Shown in pieces: positions 21,320 through 31,063 of a DNA stretch of 64,000 bases. The notes beneath the pieces were generated by a model, which worked only from the letters and a program-made list of their open reading frames with translations, had not been told where the DNA came from and did no database searches. This DNA comes from Pseudomonadota bacterium (GTDB lineage: Bacteria; Pseudomonadota; Gammaproteobacteria; Acidiferrobacterales; Acidiferrobacteraceae): assembly GCA_021795715.1 (NCBI GenBank), contig JAJYPD010000007.1:8956-72955 (forward strand), read 5' to 3'. A program made the position numbers and the translations under genes. Within the stretch, counting starts at the first letter, position 1. Every line of letters begins with the position of its first letter.

Positions 21320-22750
21320 CTACAAGCCATGATGGGCGGCGATCGCGGCGGCGATCGCGGCAGCCAGGTGCGACGTCGGCCGCCGCGCCGAATAGTTGAT
21401 GAGCTCCGGATGCTGCTCGACGAACCCGGTGTCGAATTGTGCGGCGCGGAACTCCGGCGTCTTCAGGATTTCCAGGTGATAGGGGATGGTCGTCTTGACC
21501 CCCGACACACCCATGTCGAGCAGCGCCCGCCGTCCCCGCGCCAGGGCCTTTTCCCAGCTGAGCGCCCAAATGGTCAGCTTGGCGCACATCGAGTCATAAT
21601 AGGGCGGAAACTCGTAACCGGTGTAGATGGCCGCATCGGTTCGCACCCCCGGTCCGCCCGGCGAGTAGTAGCGGGTGATGCGCCCGAAATTGGGCAGGAA
21701 GTCGTTTTTCGGATCCTCGGCGTTGATGCGGAACTGCACCGCAAAACCGCGCCGCTGAACCTCCTCCTGCGCGAACGACAACGGCTTGCCGCCTGCGATC
21801 AGAATCTGTTCCTGTACGATGTCGATGCCGGTGATCTGTTCGGTCACCGTATGTTCCACCTGAAGTCTGGTGTTCATCTCCATGAAATAAAAGTTATTTT
21901 TCTGGTCAAACAGGAACTCGACCGTGCCGGCGTTTTCATAGCCCACGGTCTTGGCCGCCATGACCGCCAGCTGACAGACCTGTGCGCGCTGTTCTTCCGT
22001 CAGCTGGGGTGACGGCGCGATCTCCAGCAGCTTTTGATGACGCCGCTGGATGGAACAGTCGCGCTCGAACAGGTGGACGATGTTGCCGAACCGGTCGCCG
22101 AGGATCTGGACTTCGATGTGCCGGGGATTGAGTACGCATTTCTCGATGAAGACCTCGGCCGCCCCAAAGGCCTTCGTCGCCTCCGACACGACCCGGTCGT
22201 ATTGGCGTCTCAGATCCTCTTCGGAATCGCATCGACGGATGCCGCGCCCACCTCCACCCGAAGTCGCCTTGAGCATGACCGGATACCCGATGTCACGCGC
22301 GATGCGAACGGCGGTATCAAGTTCATAGACGTTGCCATTACTGCCGGGTACCACGGGAATGCCGGCCGCCATCACGGCCTCGCGGGCCAGGGTTTTGTCG
22401 CCCATGCGGCGGATGACTTCCGGCGAGGGTCCAATGAAGATGAGGCCGCGGCGCGCGCAGATTTCGGCGAGCTCGGGATTTTCCGACAGGAACCCGTACC
22501 CGGGATGGACCGCGTCACAGCCTGCGCTCACGGCGACGCTGGCGATGCGGTGGGCATTCAAATAACCGCCCACGGGGTCCGGGCCGAGATTGTAGGCCTC
22601 GCTCGCTTTCTTGACGTGCAGGGCGTGACGGTCGGCATCGGTATAGACGGCTACCGACTGGATGCCGAGCTCGGCGCATGCGCGCACAATGCGGACCGCG
22701 ATTTCACCGCGGTTTGCTACAAGAATCTTTTTGATCACTCCCGACTCCAC
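21320..22750 (-). CDS. pycA: Biotin carboxylase subunit (pyruvate carboxylase subunit A type)
   Basis: KILVANRGEIAVRI, ATP-grasp GGGGRGIR and MEMNTRLQVEH. GTG start; an alternative GTG lies 12 nt downstream. Confidence 0.8.
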   Translation of the reverse strand: MESGVIKKILVANRGEIAVRIVRACAELGIQSVAVYTDADRHALHVKKASEAYNLGPDPVGGYLNAHRIASVAVSAGCDAVHPGYGFLSENPELAEICARRGLIFIGPSPEVIRRMGDKTLAREAVMAAGIPVVPGSNGNVYELDTAVRIARDIGYPVMLKATSGGGGRGIRRCDSEEDLRRQYDRVVSEATKAFGAAEVFIEKCVLNPRHIEVQILGDRFGNIVHLFERDCSIQRRHQKLLEIAPSPQLTEEQRAQVCQLAVMAAKTVGYENAGTVEFLFDQKNNFYFMEMNTRLQVEHTVTEQITGIDIVQEQILIAGGKPLSFAQEEVQRRGFAVQFRINAEDPKNDFLPNFGRITRYYSPGGPGVRTDAAIYTGYEFPPYYDSMCAKLTIWALSWEKALARGRRALLDMGVSGVKTTIPYHLEILKTPEFRAAQFDTGFVEQHPELINYSARRPTSHLAAAIAAAIAAHHGL

Positions 22751-22815
22751 GGCCTGGTTGATGCGGCGAGGCCATTGTAAGGCTTCCGGCGCCTGTGTTC
22801 ACCCCCGGCGCGCTT

Positions 22816-22844
22816 TTGACAGCCATGAGCGGCGTCTATATCAT
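22816..22844 (+). promoter_or_regulatory. Candidate sigma70 promoter TTGACA-N17-TATCAT immediately upstream of yceD
   Basis: TTGACA at 22816-21 and TATCAT at 22839-44. The yceD ATG (22850) sits 6 nt after the -10. Confidence 0.3.
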
Positions 22845-22849
22845 GGCGC

Positions 22850-23350
22850 ATGCTTTTTGACCCCCTGGCCAAGGCCCTGGATCCTCAGCGCCTGGCGGAG
22901 AGCGAAGCGCGGTTCGAAGGCCGGATCGTGCTGCCGGCAGAGCGCCTGGCCGAGCTGGTGGAGGAAACGCCGGCGGACGTCTGGGTACGTCTCGCGTTCG
23001 ACTGGGGTCCGCAGCACCGTCCGCGGGTGCGCGGCGAGGTCCGGGCGGAAGCGGCCTGTCTGTGCCAGCGCTGCCAGGAGCCGCTGCGTTGCGTGTTGCA
23101 AAGCAGCTGGGAGCTGATATTCGCGGCCTCGGATGAGCAGGCGCGTAGTCTGGGCGAGGAAGGGCTGGACTGTCATCATGAGACGGGGCCCTTGAACCTG
23201 GCGGCGATGATCGAGGACGAACTGATGCTGGCGCTGCCGATGGCGCCGCGTCACGAACCGGCCTGCGCGCCACTGGCGTGCGCGGGCCAGGCGCCGCATC
23301 CGTTTGCGGCACTGAAAGAATTGTTTGCCCGTGACGGGCACAATAAGTAA
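22850..23350 (+). CDS. yceD: YceD/DUF177 (23S rRNA accumulation protein)
   Basis: Aligns with E. coli YceD (LDPQRLAESEARFEG; CxRCxxP...). Conserved position upstream of rpmF-plsX. Confidence 0.8.
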   Translation: MLFDPLAKALDPQRLAESEARFEGRIVLPAERLAELVEETPADVWVRLAFDWGPQHRPRVRGEVRAEAACLCQRCQEPLRCVLQSSWELIFAASDEQARSLGEEGLDCHHETGPLNLAAMIEDELMLALPMAPRHEPACAPLACAGQAPHPFAALKELFARDGHNK

Positions 23351-23368
23351 AAGACTGAGGACCGTGTA

Positions 23369-23548
23369 ATGGCAGTACAAAAGAGCCGAAAGACCCCCTC
23401 CAAGCGTGGCATGCGCCGTTCGCACGATGCCTTGTCGAAACCCACCCTGTCTATCGAACCGACCAGCGGCGAAACACATCGCCGCCATCATATCAGCGCC
23501 GACGGCTATTATCGGGGCCGCAAGGTTCTCGATACCAAGGCGGACTAG
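23369..23548 (+). CDS. rpmF: 50S ribosomal protein L32
   Basis: 59-aa ORF, too short for the track: [22 protein letters not shown]..., the canonical L32 N-terminus. Confidence 0.9.
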   Translation: MAVQKSRKTPSKRGMRRSHDALSKPTLSIEPTSGETHRRHHISADGYYRGRKVLDTKAD

Positions 23549-23566
23549 ACTCAAACCGGAGCGATA

Positions 23567-24586
23567 GTGACTACCACCATCGCCCTCGATGCCATGGGGG
23601 GTGATCATGGGCCGCGCGTGACGGTCCCGGCGGCGCTCGCGTTTCTGCGCGGCAACCAGGATGGGCGGCTCGTGCTCGTCGGGCAGCCGGAACCCCTGGA
23701 AGCGGAATTGCGGCGCCTCGGCGCGCGATGGGATGACCGCCTGCAGCTGCAGGCGGCCACCGAGGTCGTGCGCATGGATGAGCCCCCGGCACAGGCGTTA
23801 CGCTCAAAGCGCGATTCATCGATGCGCGTGGCGGTCACGCTCGTCCGTGACGGCGTCGCCGATGCCTGCGTGAGCGCCGGCAACACCGGCGCGCTCATGG
23901 CCGTCGCCCATTTCGTCCTAAAAACCCTCCCGGGGATCGATCGTCCGGCGATCATGGCGGCGCTGCCGACCATGCGCGACCATGTCCATCTTCTCGACCT
24001 GGGTGCGAACGTCGAATGCACGGCCGAACACCTGCGCCAGTTTGCGGTGATGGGCGCGATCGTCGTGTCGGCGGTGGAGGGGCGTGCGCGGCCCTCCGTC
24101 GGCCTGCTCAACATCGGCAGCGAAGACATCAAGGGCACCGAAGTGATCAAGGCGGCGGCCGCCCTGCTGCAGGAATCGAACCTGAATTACGTGGGTTTCG
24201 TCGAAGGTGACGGCATCTACACCGGCAACACCGACATCATCATCTGTGATGGTTTCGTGGGCAACATCGCCCTGAAAACGAGTGAAGGACTGGCGCAAAT
24301 GATCTCTCACCTGATGCGGCGCGAATTCGAACGCAACGTCGCCACCCGTCTGGCGGGTCTTGTCGCCATGCCCATCCTGAAGGCCTTTCGGCGGCGGGTC
24401 GACCCCCGCCGCTACAACGGGGCAACCCTGGTCGGTCTGAACGGTGTCGTCGTGAAGAGTCACGGGGGTGCCGATGTCCTGGGGCTGCGCAACGCTTTAC
24501 AGGTGGCCCTGTCGGAAGGACGCAAGAAGGTGCCGGCGCTGATCCGGCGGGAACTCGAGCCGGCCCCGGAACGGGGGCTTGCGTGA
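23567..24586 (+). CDS. plsX: Phosphate acyltransferase PlsX
   Basis: [22 protein letters not shown] and [14 protein letters not shown] motifs. Confidence 0.95.
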   Translation: MTTTIALDAMGGDHGPRVTVPAALAFLRGNQDGRLVLVGQPEPLEAELRRLGARWDDRLQLQAATEVVRMDEPPAQALRSKRDSSMRVAVTLVRDGVADACVSAGNTGALMAVAHFVLKTLPGIDRPAIMAALPTMRDHVHLLDLGANVECTAEHLRQFAVMGAIVVSAVEGRARPSVGLLNIGSEDIKGTEVIKAAAALLQESNLNYVGFVEGDGIYTGNTDIIICDGFVGNIALKTSEGLAQMISHLMRREFERNVATRLAGLVAMPILKAFRRRVDPRRYNGATLVGLNGVVVKSHGGADVLGLRNALQVALSEGRKKVPALIRRELEPAPERGLA

Positions 24587-25551
24587 CCTACGCGCGTATT
24601 CTGGGAACCGGCAGTTATCTGCCCGAGAAGGTCGTCACAAACGACGATCTGGCCCAAATCGTCGACACTTCGCATGAGTGGATCTACAGCCGGACAGGCA
24701 TCCGCGAGCGGCGCATCGCCGCCGAGGGACAGACGACATGCGATCTGGCTGAACAGGCGTCACGGGCGGCGCTGGCGGCGGCCGGCTGCGAGGCGGGCGA
24801 CATCGATCTCATCATCGTCGCCACAACCACGCCCGACCGCATTTTTCCGAGCACGGCCTGTCTGCTCCAAGAGCGGCTCGGCAATCGTGGGGCGCCGGCA
24901 TTCGATGTCCAGGCGGTCTGTACGGGCTTCATCTATGCCCTTGCCACCGCCGAAAAATTCCTGCGCAGCGGCAGCGCGCAGCGGGCGCTCGTGGTTGGAG
25001 CCGAAACCATGTCCCGCATTGTCGACTGGAATGACCGCTCGACCTGCGTGCTCTTTGGTGACGGCGCCGGAGCGGTGGTGGTGGGGATGGACGAGGAGTT
25101 CGGCATCATTTCTTCGCATCTGCACGCCGACGGCACCTACAAGGATCTGCTGACGGTCGCAGGCGGCGTGTCAGAGCACCCCGAAATCCTGCGTAACGGG
25201 GGTGCGCACATCCTGATGCGCGGCAACGAGGTGTTCCGCATGGCGGTGACGACGCTGGACAACATCGTCGAGGAAGCCCTCGCAGCGAGCGGCCTGGATC
25301 GCAAAGATGTGCAATGGCTTGTCCCTCACCAGGCGAACACGCGCATCATCGGTGCCACGGCCAAGCGTCTCGGCATGTCCATGGATCAGGTGATCGTAAC
25401 CGTCGATCGTCATGGCAATACGTCGGGCGCATCGATTCCGCTGGCCTTTGATGTCGCCGTCCGCGACGGCCGCATCCGGCGCGGTGACACCGTGCTGATG
25501 GAAGGGTTTGGCGGCGGTTTTACGTGGGGTTCGATTCTTCTTCGGTACTGA
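24583..25551 (+). CDS. fabH: 3-oxoacyl-ACP synthase III
   Basis: [18 protein letters not shown], active-site Cys in [15 protein letters not shown], HQANxRI and GFGGGFTWG. Confidence 0.95.
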   Translation: MTYARILGTGSYLPEKVVTNDDLAQIVDTSHEWIYSRTGIRERRIAAEGQTTCDLAEQASRAALAAAGCEAGDIDLIIVATTTPDRIFPSTACLLQERLGNRGAPAFDVQAVCTGFIYALATAEKFLRSGSAQRALVVGAETMSRIVDWNDRSTCVLFGDGAGAVVVGMDEEFGIISSHLHADGTYKDLLTVAGGVSEHPEILRNGGAHILMRGNEVFRMAVTTLDNIVEEALAASGLDRKDVQWLVPHQANTRIIGATAKRLGMSMDQVIVTVDRHGNTSGASIPLAFDVAVRDGRIRRGDTVLMEGFGGGFTWGSILLRY

Positions 25552-25573
25552 TGGCGTGAGAGGAGTATAGGGC

Positions 25574-26506
25574 ATGGACAAGGCGGCAACGGCCTTCCTG
25601 TTTCCGGGACAGGGATCACAGGCGGTTGGCATGCTGGGCGCTCTGGCAGAACAGTATGAAAGCGTACGCCAGATCTTCGAGGAGGCCAGCGAAGCGCTCG
25701 GTTACGACCTGTGGAAGGTCAGCCAGGAAGGACCGGAGCAGCGGCTAAACCAGACCGAAATCACGCAGCCGGTGCTGCTCGCGGCTGATGTGGCGTGCTA
25801 CCGGGTCTGGCGGTCAGCCGGGGGTCCTGCGCCCGGATGGATGGCCGGCCACAGTCTCGGCGAATATGCCGCCCTGGTGTGCGCCGGTGCCGTGACCTTG
25901 CGTGACGGCGCAGTCCTCGTCGCGCAGCGCGGCAAGCTCATGCAGGAGGCCGTGCCCGCCGGGCAAGGGGCCATGGCCGCCATTCTCGGCCTTGACGACG
26001 AGGCGGTCGTGCGGCTGTGCACCGAACAGGCCGGCGGCGACGTGCTGGCTGCGGTCAATTACAACGCGCCGGGCCAGGTGGTCATCGCCGGCACGAAAGG
26101 CGCGGTCGATCGCGCCATGGCGGCCGCCCGCGGCGCCGGTGCGAAACGTGCGCTGGCGCTTGCGGTGAGCGCGCCGTCGCACTGCGCCCTGATGAAGGGC
26201 GCCGCCGAGGAGCTGGGCGCTTATCTTGCGCGGATCACCATCCGTACGCCCTCCATTCCGGTCATCCACAACGCAAGCGTGACCGCGGAGACGGATCCGG
26301 ACAAGATTCGGTCCGCCCTCGTAAAACAGTTATACTCTCCCGTGCGCTGGGTCGAAACGGTGCGCTTTCTGGCCGGCCAGGGCGTACAGCAATTTTACGA
26401 GTGCGGGCCGGGAAAAGTGCTGTGCGGATTGAACAAGCGCATCGTCGATTTTCCCTGTACACCGCTTGGCGCACCCGAGGACATGACCCAGGCGCTCGAG
26501 GCATGA
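25574..26506 (+). CDS. fabD: Malonyl CoA-ACP transacylase
   Basis: FLFPGQGSQAVGM and GHSLGEY active site. Confidence 0.95.
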   Translation: MDKAATAFLFPGQGSQAVGMLGALAEQYESVRQIFEEASEALGYDLWKVSQEGPEQRLNQTEITQPVLLAADVACYRVWRSAGGPAPGWMAGHSLGEYAALVCAGAVTLRDGAVLVAQRGKLMQEAVPAGQGAMAAILGLDDEAVVRLCTEQAGGDVLAAVNYNAPGQVVIAGTKGAVDRAMAAARGAGAKRALALAVSAPSHCALMKGAAEELGAYLARITIRTPSIPVIHNASVTAETDPDKIRSALVKQLYSPVRWVETVRFLAGQGVQQFYECGPGKVLCGLNKRIVDFPCTPLGAPEDMTQALEA

Positions 26507-26519
26507 GGACTGAACAGGC

Positions 26520-27266
26520 ATGACGGAACTGGCAAACCAAGTGGCGCTGGTCACCGGCGCTAGCCGCGGCATAGGGGCCGCCTGCGCGATCGCGCTCGCC
26601 CGGGCGGGCGCGCAGGTCATCGGCACGGCCACGTCGGCCGCCGGCGTCACGGCGATCGATTCCCTTTTCGCCGAACACAAGCTCGCCGGGCGGGGGATGG
26701 TTCTTGATCTCGCCAGTGCCGCGTCCATCGACGAATTGCTGGATACGCTGGGGAAAAACGGCCAGTGGCCGACCATTCTCGTCAATAACGCAGGTATCAC
26801 GCGCGACAATCTCGCGCTGCGCATGCGGGACGAGGATTGGGATGCGGTCATCGCCACCAATCTGACCGGTGTATTCCGGTTGACGCGCGGTTGCCTGCGG
26901 GCCATGACCAAGGCGCGCAAAGGCCGCATAATCAACATCAGTTCCGTTGTGGGCGCGATCGGCAATGGCGGGCAGGCCAACTATGCGGCCACCAAGGCCG
27001 GATTGGTCGCCTTCGGCAAATCGCTGGCGCGGGAACTCGGCGGTCGCAACATCACCGTCAACGCGGTCGCACCGGGTTTCATCGACACCGATATGACGCG
27101 CGCCCTGACCGAACAGCAGCGCAACGGGCTTCTCGGGCAGATCCCGCTTGAGCGTTTCGGTACGCCGGCCGACATCGCCCACGCCGTGACCTTTCTTGCA
27201 TCGCCGGCCGCAGACTACATTACCGGCGCGACTTTGCATGTAAATGGCGGTATGTTTATGAACTGA
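26520..27266 (+). CDS. fabG: 3-oxoacyl-ACP reductase
   Basis: TGASRGIG, NNAGITRD, S...YAATKAG, and HVNGGMFM C-terminus. Confidence 0.95.
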   Translation: MTELANQVALVTGASRGIGAACAIALARAGAQVIGTATSAAGVTAIDSLFAEHKLAGRGMVLDLASAASIDELLDTLGKNGQWPTILVNNAGITRDNLALRMRDEDWDAVIATNLTGVFRLTRGCLRAMTKARKGRIINISSVVGAIGNGGQANYAATKAGLVAFGKSLARELGGRNITVNAVAPGFIDTDMTRALTEQQRNGLLGQIPLERFGTPADIAHAVTFLASPAADYITGATLHVNGGMFMN

Positions 27267-27390
27267 GGATCGCCCGTAGACCGCGGCTTCCCGCAAGATC
27301 AAAGAAAAGGAAAGTAGACTTTCCGGGCCGGTGTATGGTAACTATGCGCCGCCCGAAAAAGGCACACAACGACTGTCTGGAGGATTGAAC

Positions 27391-27630
27391 ATGAGCAGTA
27401 TCGAAGAGCGCGTCAAAAAGATCGTCATCGAGCAGCTGGGTGTCAGTGAGAACGAAGTCACCAACGACGCCTCGTTTGTCGATGATCTTGGCGCCGATTC
27501 GCTCGACACCGTCGAACTGGTAATGGCCCTCGAAGAGGAGTTCGATTGCGAAATCTCGGACGATGAGGCTGAGAAGATCACGACGGTGAAGCAGGCCGTC
27601 GATTACATCAGCTCCCACGCCGCCAACTAG
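27391..27630 (+). CDS. acpP: Acyl carrier protein
   Basis: [18 protein letters not shown]...[20 protein letters not shown] (phosphopantetheine Ser). The track ORF has a 20-codon spurious extension. Confidence 0.95.
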   Translation: MSSIEERVKKIVIEQLGVSENEVTNDASFVDDLGADSLDTVELVMALEEEFDCEISDDEAEKITTVKQAVDYISSHAAN

Positions 27631-27677
27631 ACAATCCAGGGCATGCGCACGGGATGGAGCCGGAGAAGGGGGTTGGT

Positions 27678-28919
27678 GTGAGTGACAGGAGAGTGGTCGT
27701 TACGGGACTTGGTGCCATCACGCCCCTTGGCCTTTCCGTCACCGAAAACTGGCAGGGCATCATGGCCGGCAAGAGCGGCATCGGTCCTGTCACGCAGTTC
27801 GACGCAACCGGATTTCCATCAACCATCGCGGGGGAGGTGCGGGGGTTCGATCCCAGCCTCTACGTCTCGGAAAAAGAGGCCCGGAAGATGGACCGCTTCA
27901 TCCAGCTCGGGCTTGCCGCGGGTGTCGAGGCGATCAAGGATGCCGGATTCGAGGTGACTGAGAAAAACGCGGATCGCATCGGTGTCGTCATAGGCTCCGG
28001 CATCGGCGGAGTGCGCACGATCGAGGAGACGGCGCGGCAGTACTTCGAAAAAGGCCAGCGCCGGATCTCCCCTTTCTATATCCCGATGAGCATCATCAAC
28101 ATGATATCCGGGAACCTGTCCATCCTGTATGGACTGAAGGGTCCCAATCTGTCGATGGTGACGGCCTGTGCAACATCCACCCACGCCATCGGCGAGGCAG
28201 GCCGCATCATCGAGTATGGGGATGCCGACATCATGGTCGCAGGGGGTGCCGAAGCGGCGGTGACCCCGACGTCGATGGCCGGTTTCGGGAACGCGAAGGC
28301 CCTGAGCGGACGCAACAACGAACCCGAGAAGGCGAGCCGTCCGTGGGACAAGGATCGCGATGGTTTCGTGTTGAGCGAAGGCGGCGCGGTGGTGGTGTTG
28401 GAGGAGCTCAATCACGCCAAGGCCCGCGGCGCGCGCATTTACGCCGAACTGGTCGGTTTTGGCATGAGCGGCGACGCCTACCACATGACCAGTCCGCCGG
28501 AAGACGGCGAGGGGGCCGCGCGCTGCATGGAGCGAGCCCTGCACAATGCGCGCGCCAATGCCGAGGAGATCGCCTACATCAACGCGCATGGCACGTCCAC
28601 GCCGCTTGGGGACAAGGCGGAGACGCGCGCCATCAAGCGGGTCTTCGGGGACACGGCAAGCCGCATCGCCGTCAGTTCGACGAAATCCATGACCGGCCAT
28701 CTGCTGGGGGCGGCGGGCGCCATCGAGGCGATCTACACCACCTTGGCCATCTATCACCAGGTCGCACCACCCACCATCAATCTCGATACGCCGGATGAGG
28801 ATTGCGATCTGGACTACGTGCCGCACACGGCACGGCCCATGGAGATCCCGCTGGCGCTGTCGAATTCGTTTGGTTTCGGTGGCACCAACGGAACGATCGT
28901 GCTGCGCCGGTTTCGATGA
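27678..28919 (+). CDS. fabF: 3-oxoacyl-ACP synthase II
   Basis: RRVVVTGLG, active-site ACATSTHAIG, HGTSTPLGD and NSFGFGGTN. GTG at 27678 fits the FabF N-terminus; the track starts at 27654. Confidence 0.9.
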   Translation: MSDRRVVVTGLGAITPLGLSVTENWQGIMAGKSGIGPVTQFDATGFPSTIAGEVRGFDPSLYVSEKEARKMDRFIQLGLAAGVEAIKDAGFEVTEKNADRIGVVIGSGIGGVRTIEETARQYFEKGQRRISPFYIPMSIINMISGNLSILYGLKGPNLSMVTACATSTHAIGEAGRIIEYGDADIMVAGGAEAAVTPTSMAGFGNAKALSGRNNEPEKASRPWDKDRDGFVLSEGGAVVVLEELNHAKARGARIYAELVGFGMSGDAYHMTSPPEDGEGAARCMERALHNARANAEEIAYINAHGTSTPLGDKAETRAIKRVFGDTASRIAVSSTKSMTGHLLGAAGAIEAIYTTLAIYHQVAPPTINLDTPDEDCDLDYVPHTARPMEIPLALSNSFGFGGTNGTIVLRRFR

Positions 28920-28925
28920 ACGGGC

Positions 28926-30236
28926 ATGGCCGGTGGCACCGTAGTCCGGCCGTGCCGAGCGGGTGCTAGGCAGCTTCTTGCGCTCCATGCGGCGGATCCG
29001 TCACAGTTTCCCCATCTTCTCGTAAGCGGTGGAAGCGGGGGACGTTTCGATGTCCTCTTTGCGTCCCCCGATCCGCCGCGCCTGTTGCCGCCGGACGCCT
29101 CACCCGCGCAGACGGCGGCATTCTTTGCCGACATCGAACGGCGCATCGGGGAGCCCGAGCCGTCAGTGGATGCGCTGCCTTTCACGCGGGGAGATTTTGT
29201 CTATTTCGGGTATGAGCTTGCCGGGCGGTTCGAGCCACGGCTCGATTTGCCCGCCCCGTCGTTGCCGCTTGCCTTCGCGCAATATTGCCACGCCGCCATC
29301 GTCCATGATCGCGCGCGTCAAAAGACGGTTGTCTGTGCGCAGAGTGAGGGTCTTGCGCGCACGCTTGCTGCGCGGGTGGAAGGGGCGGGCGGGCTGGCGC
29401 CTGCCGCTTTCACCTTGCGCGGCATCGAGGAAGAGGATCCGGCGCGCTATGTGAGCGGTATCGCGCGCATCCAGGATTACATCCGGGCCGGCGATGTCTT
29501 CCAGGTGAATCTCTCGCGCGGCTATGCGGCCGAAGTCCCGGAAGGCCTGACTCCGGCCCAAATCATGGCGGCGCTCACGACCGCCAATCCGGCGCCCTTT
29601 GCGGCGCTTGCAACGCTTGGCGAGGCGGCCATCATCAGTGCGTCGCCTGAGCGTCTCGTCGAAGTGCGAGGACGGACGATCCGCACCTGTCCCATCGCCG
29701 GTACGGCGCCACGCCTGGCAGGCGAAGATGACGCAGCGGTCTGCAGGGAACTGCGCAGCCACCCCAAAGAACGGGCCGAACATATCATGCTGGTGGACCT
29801 CGAGCGCAATGACATCGGCCGCATCTGCATGCCCGGGACCGTACGGGTACCGTCGTTGATGCGGGTCGAATCCTACGCGACGGTTCATCATCTGGTTTCG
29901 ACCGTCGAAGGAACGCTGCGCACGGACGCGTCCCTTTACGGGATTTTGCGCAGCCTGTTTCCGGGTGGCAGTATCACCGGCTGCCCGAAAGTGCGCTGCA
30001 TGGAGATTCTTGCGCAACTCGAGGGCAGACCCAGAGAGGCCTATACGGGCAGTCTCGGGTACATCAATCAGCAGGGTGACATGGAACTCAATATCCTGAT
30101 CCGAACGGCGGTACTTCACGCCGGTAATCTGGTCTGGCGTGTCGGCGGCGGCATCGTGGCGGACTCCGATCCGGGGCGCGAACTGGCGGAAACGCGCGCC
30201 AAGGCCGCGGGCCTTCTGCAAGCATTTGGCGCATGA
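28926..30236 (+). CDS. pabB: Aminodeoxychorismate synthase component I (chorismate-binding enzyme)
   Basis: Chorismate-binding core: FQVNLSR, SPERLV, LFPGGSITGCPKVRCMEI and GGGIVADSDP. Adjacent to pabC. Confidence 0.8.
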   Translation: MAGGTVVRPCRAGARQLLALHAADPSQFPHLLVSGGSGGRFDVLFASPDPPRLLPPDASPAQTAAFFADIERRIGEPEPSVDALPFTRGDFVYFGYELAGRFEPRLDLPAPSLPLAFAQYCHAAIVHDRARQKTVVCAQSEGLARTLAARVEGAGGLAPAAFTLRGIEEEDPARYVSGIARIQDYIRAGDVFQVNLSRGYAAEVPEGLTPAQIMAALTTANPAPFAALATLGEAAIISASPERLVEVRGRTIRTCPIAGTAPRLAGEDDAAVCRELRSHPKERAEHIMLVDLERNDIGRICMPGTVRVPSLMRVESYATVHHLVSTVEGTLRTDASLYGILRSLFPGGSITGCPKVRCMEILAQLEGRPREAYTGSLGYINQQGDMELNILIRTAVLHAGNLVWRVGGGIVADSDPGRELAETRAKAAGLLQAFGA

Positions 30237-31063
30237 AAAGCGAAGGCGAGAGCATCGTCAACGGATATCCCGCAGACGCCCTTGCCATCGGCAATCGCGG
30301 TCTGCACTATGGTGATGGCCTGTTCGAAACTCTGGCCGCCGTAGAGGGGAGACCGCTGCTTTGGGACCGGCACTGGCAGCGGTTGGCGGAAGGGTGTGAG
30401 CAGCTCGGTCTGGCCGCGCCTCCCGCCGATGCGGTCCGTGCGGCGATCGCGCAGCTTTCCGGCAAGGAACGCTTTTGCGCGGTCAAGATCATGGTGACGC
30501 GCGCGGCGCACGGCCGGGGATATCGCCCGTCTGGCCGCGCAATCGACTGGATTGTCAGTGCCTATCCATGGGAACCGCCGGCGGAAGAACGGCGCACAGG
30601 CGTGCTGGCGGTCTGGTGCCGGCTGCGCCTGGCGGCTCCGAACGCCTGTGCGGGCATGAAGACACTCAATCGCCTGGAGCAGGTGCTCGCCCAACGGGAA
30701 TGGGATCCGCCCGTTCGCGAGGGGCTCATGCAAGATCCGCAGGGCTTTGTGATCGAGGGAACGATGAGCAATATCTTTGTCACCGAAACCGGCCGCCTGG
30801 CGACGCCGCCGCTTACCGACTGCGGAATCGCCGGTGTCATGCGGGCCGCCGTCATCGACGCCGCCTTGGAACACGCGATTCCCGTCTGCATCGAGCCGCT
30901 TACGCGCGCGCGCATCGAGCAGGCAGACGAGCTGTTTCTGACCAATTCGCTGATCGGTATCTGGCCGGTACGCAATCTCGCGGGCCATGCCTTTGCGGTG
31001 GGACCGTTAAGCCGGAGACTTCTGGCCATTTTGCGGGAACGAGGCGATGCGGCGTTTTCTTAG
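30233..31063 (+). CDS. pabC: Aminodeoxychorismate lyase (class IV aminotransferase fold)
   Basis: RGLHYGDGLFETL, MKTLNRLEQV (PLP Lys) and FLTNSLIGIWPV. Overlaps pabB (ATGA) and precedes mltG as in E. coli. Confidence 0.75.
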   Translation: MKSEGESIVNGYPADALAIGNRGLHYGDGLFETLAAVEGRPLLWDRHWQRLAEGCEQLGLAAPPADAVRAAIAQLSGKERFCAVKIMVTRAAHGRGYRPSGRAIDWIVSAYPWEPPAEERRTGVLAVWCRLRLAAPNACAGMKTLNRLEQVLAQREWDPPVREGLMQDPQGFVIEGTMSNIFVTETGRLATPPLTDCGIAGVMRAAVIDAALEHAIPVCIEPLTRARIEQADELFLTNSLIGIWPVRNLAGHAFAVGPLSRRLLAILRERGDAAFS

